Positions 63,992 to 64,000 of a stretch of DNA of 64,000 nucleotides are shown piece by piece. Position 1 is the stretch's first letter. Each line of letters opens with the position of its first letter. The position numbers and the translations under genes were made by a program. The DNA is from Candidatus Peregrinibacteria bacterium CG11_big_fil_rev_8_21_14_0_20_49_14 (GTDB lineage: Bacteria > Patescibacteriota > Gracilibacteria > Peribacterales > Peribacteraceae). The stretch is from assembly GCA_002787035.1 (NCBI GenBank), contig PCVP01000034.1, forward strand, positions 15,902 to 79,901. The letters are read 5' to 3'. Under the pieces are notes generated by a model, which was given only the letters and a program-made list of their open reading frames with translations, did no database searches and was not told the origin of the DNA.

Positions 63992-64000
63992 AGAAAAGGG

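Larger units (their letters stand above)
55600..64000. mobile_element. putative acquired heavy-metal/thiol-redox island (left boundary approximate, right end outside the window)
   Basis: Truncated PBP at the left edge, a visible shift to ATC/CTC/TTC codons, duplicates of functions found earlier in the window, and mer genes. No integrase seen. Confidence 0.5.

Noticed and set aside
1..64000. Alternative genetic code 25 (TGA=Gly), as in Gracilibacteria/Absconditabacteria
   Set aside because: Conserved genes end at TGA at their expected C-termini (guaA, thyA, rlmH, merA), and none is fragmented by TGA.
1..64000. CRISPR array, tRNA or rRNA genes
   Set aside because: No regularly spaced repeats, cloverleaf or rRNA-like tract was noticed by eye; no scan was run.

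Overview
A 64-kb bacterial chromosome segment, gene-dense, using standard code 11 (TGA is used as a stop). Gene content, many orphan ORFs and the scarcity of Shine-Dalgarno motifs suggest a Patescibacteria/CPR genome, plausibly Peregrinibacteria/Peribacteria; this is inference, not a search result. From left to right it holds: the start of a V/A-type ATPase operon whose rotor ring carries Na+-type ligands; a fermentative block (ADP-forming acetyl-CoA synthetase, flavodoxin, 2-oxoacid:acceptor oxidoreductase); orphans; and housekeeping or envelope genes (trmD, gpmI, wecB, guaA, ECF sigma/anti-sigma, efp, gatB, def, nth, dipZ, thyA-folA, folB-folK-folE, secD, rlmD, rlmH). From about 55.6 kb to the end lies an apparently acquired metal/thiol-redox island. 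Highlights not shown by the ORF track: (1) a solo integron cassette (GIY-YIG gene plus attC) inserted exactly between two convergent stop codons; (2) a structured small RNA bounded by its own promoter and terminator, with 6S-like topology; (3) SecD with an inserted parvulin PPIase, preceded by a free-standing SecD-P1-like lipoprotein; (4) a CRP/FNR regulator with an NtcA-type recognition helix and an exact GTA-N8-TAC-N22-TAN3T promoter, upstream of a Met-rich protein, thioredoxin, CcdA and a 48-aa metallothionein-like gene, next to merF/merA; (5) a MITE with a TAA target duplication; (6) a duplicated gatB 3' end; (7) twin ECF promoter motifs; (8) an apparent ATA start for folK; (9) widespread leaderless-type gene starts. 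All calls are by eye, without database searches.
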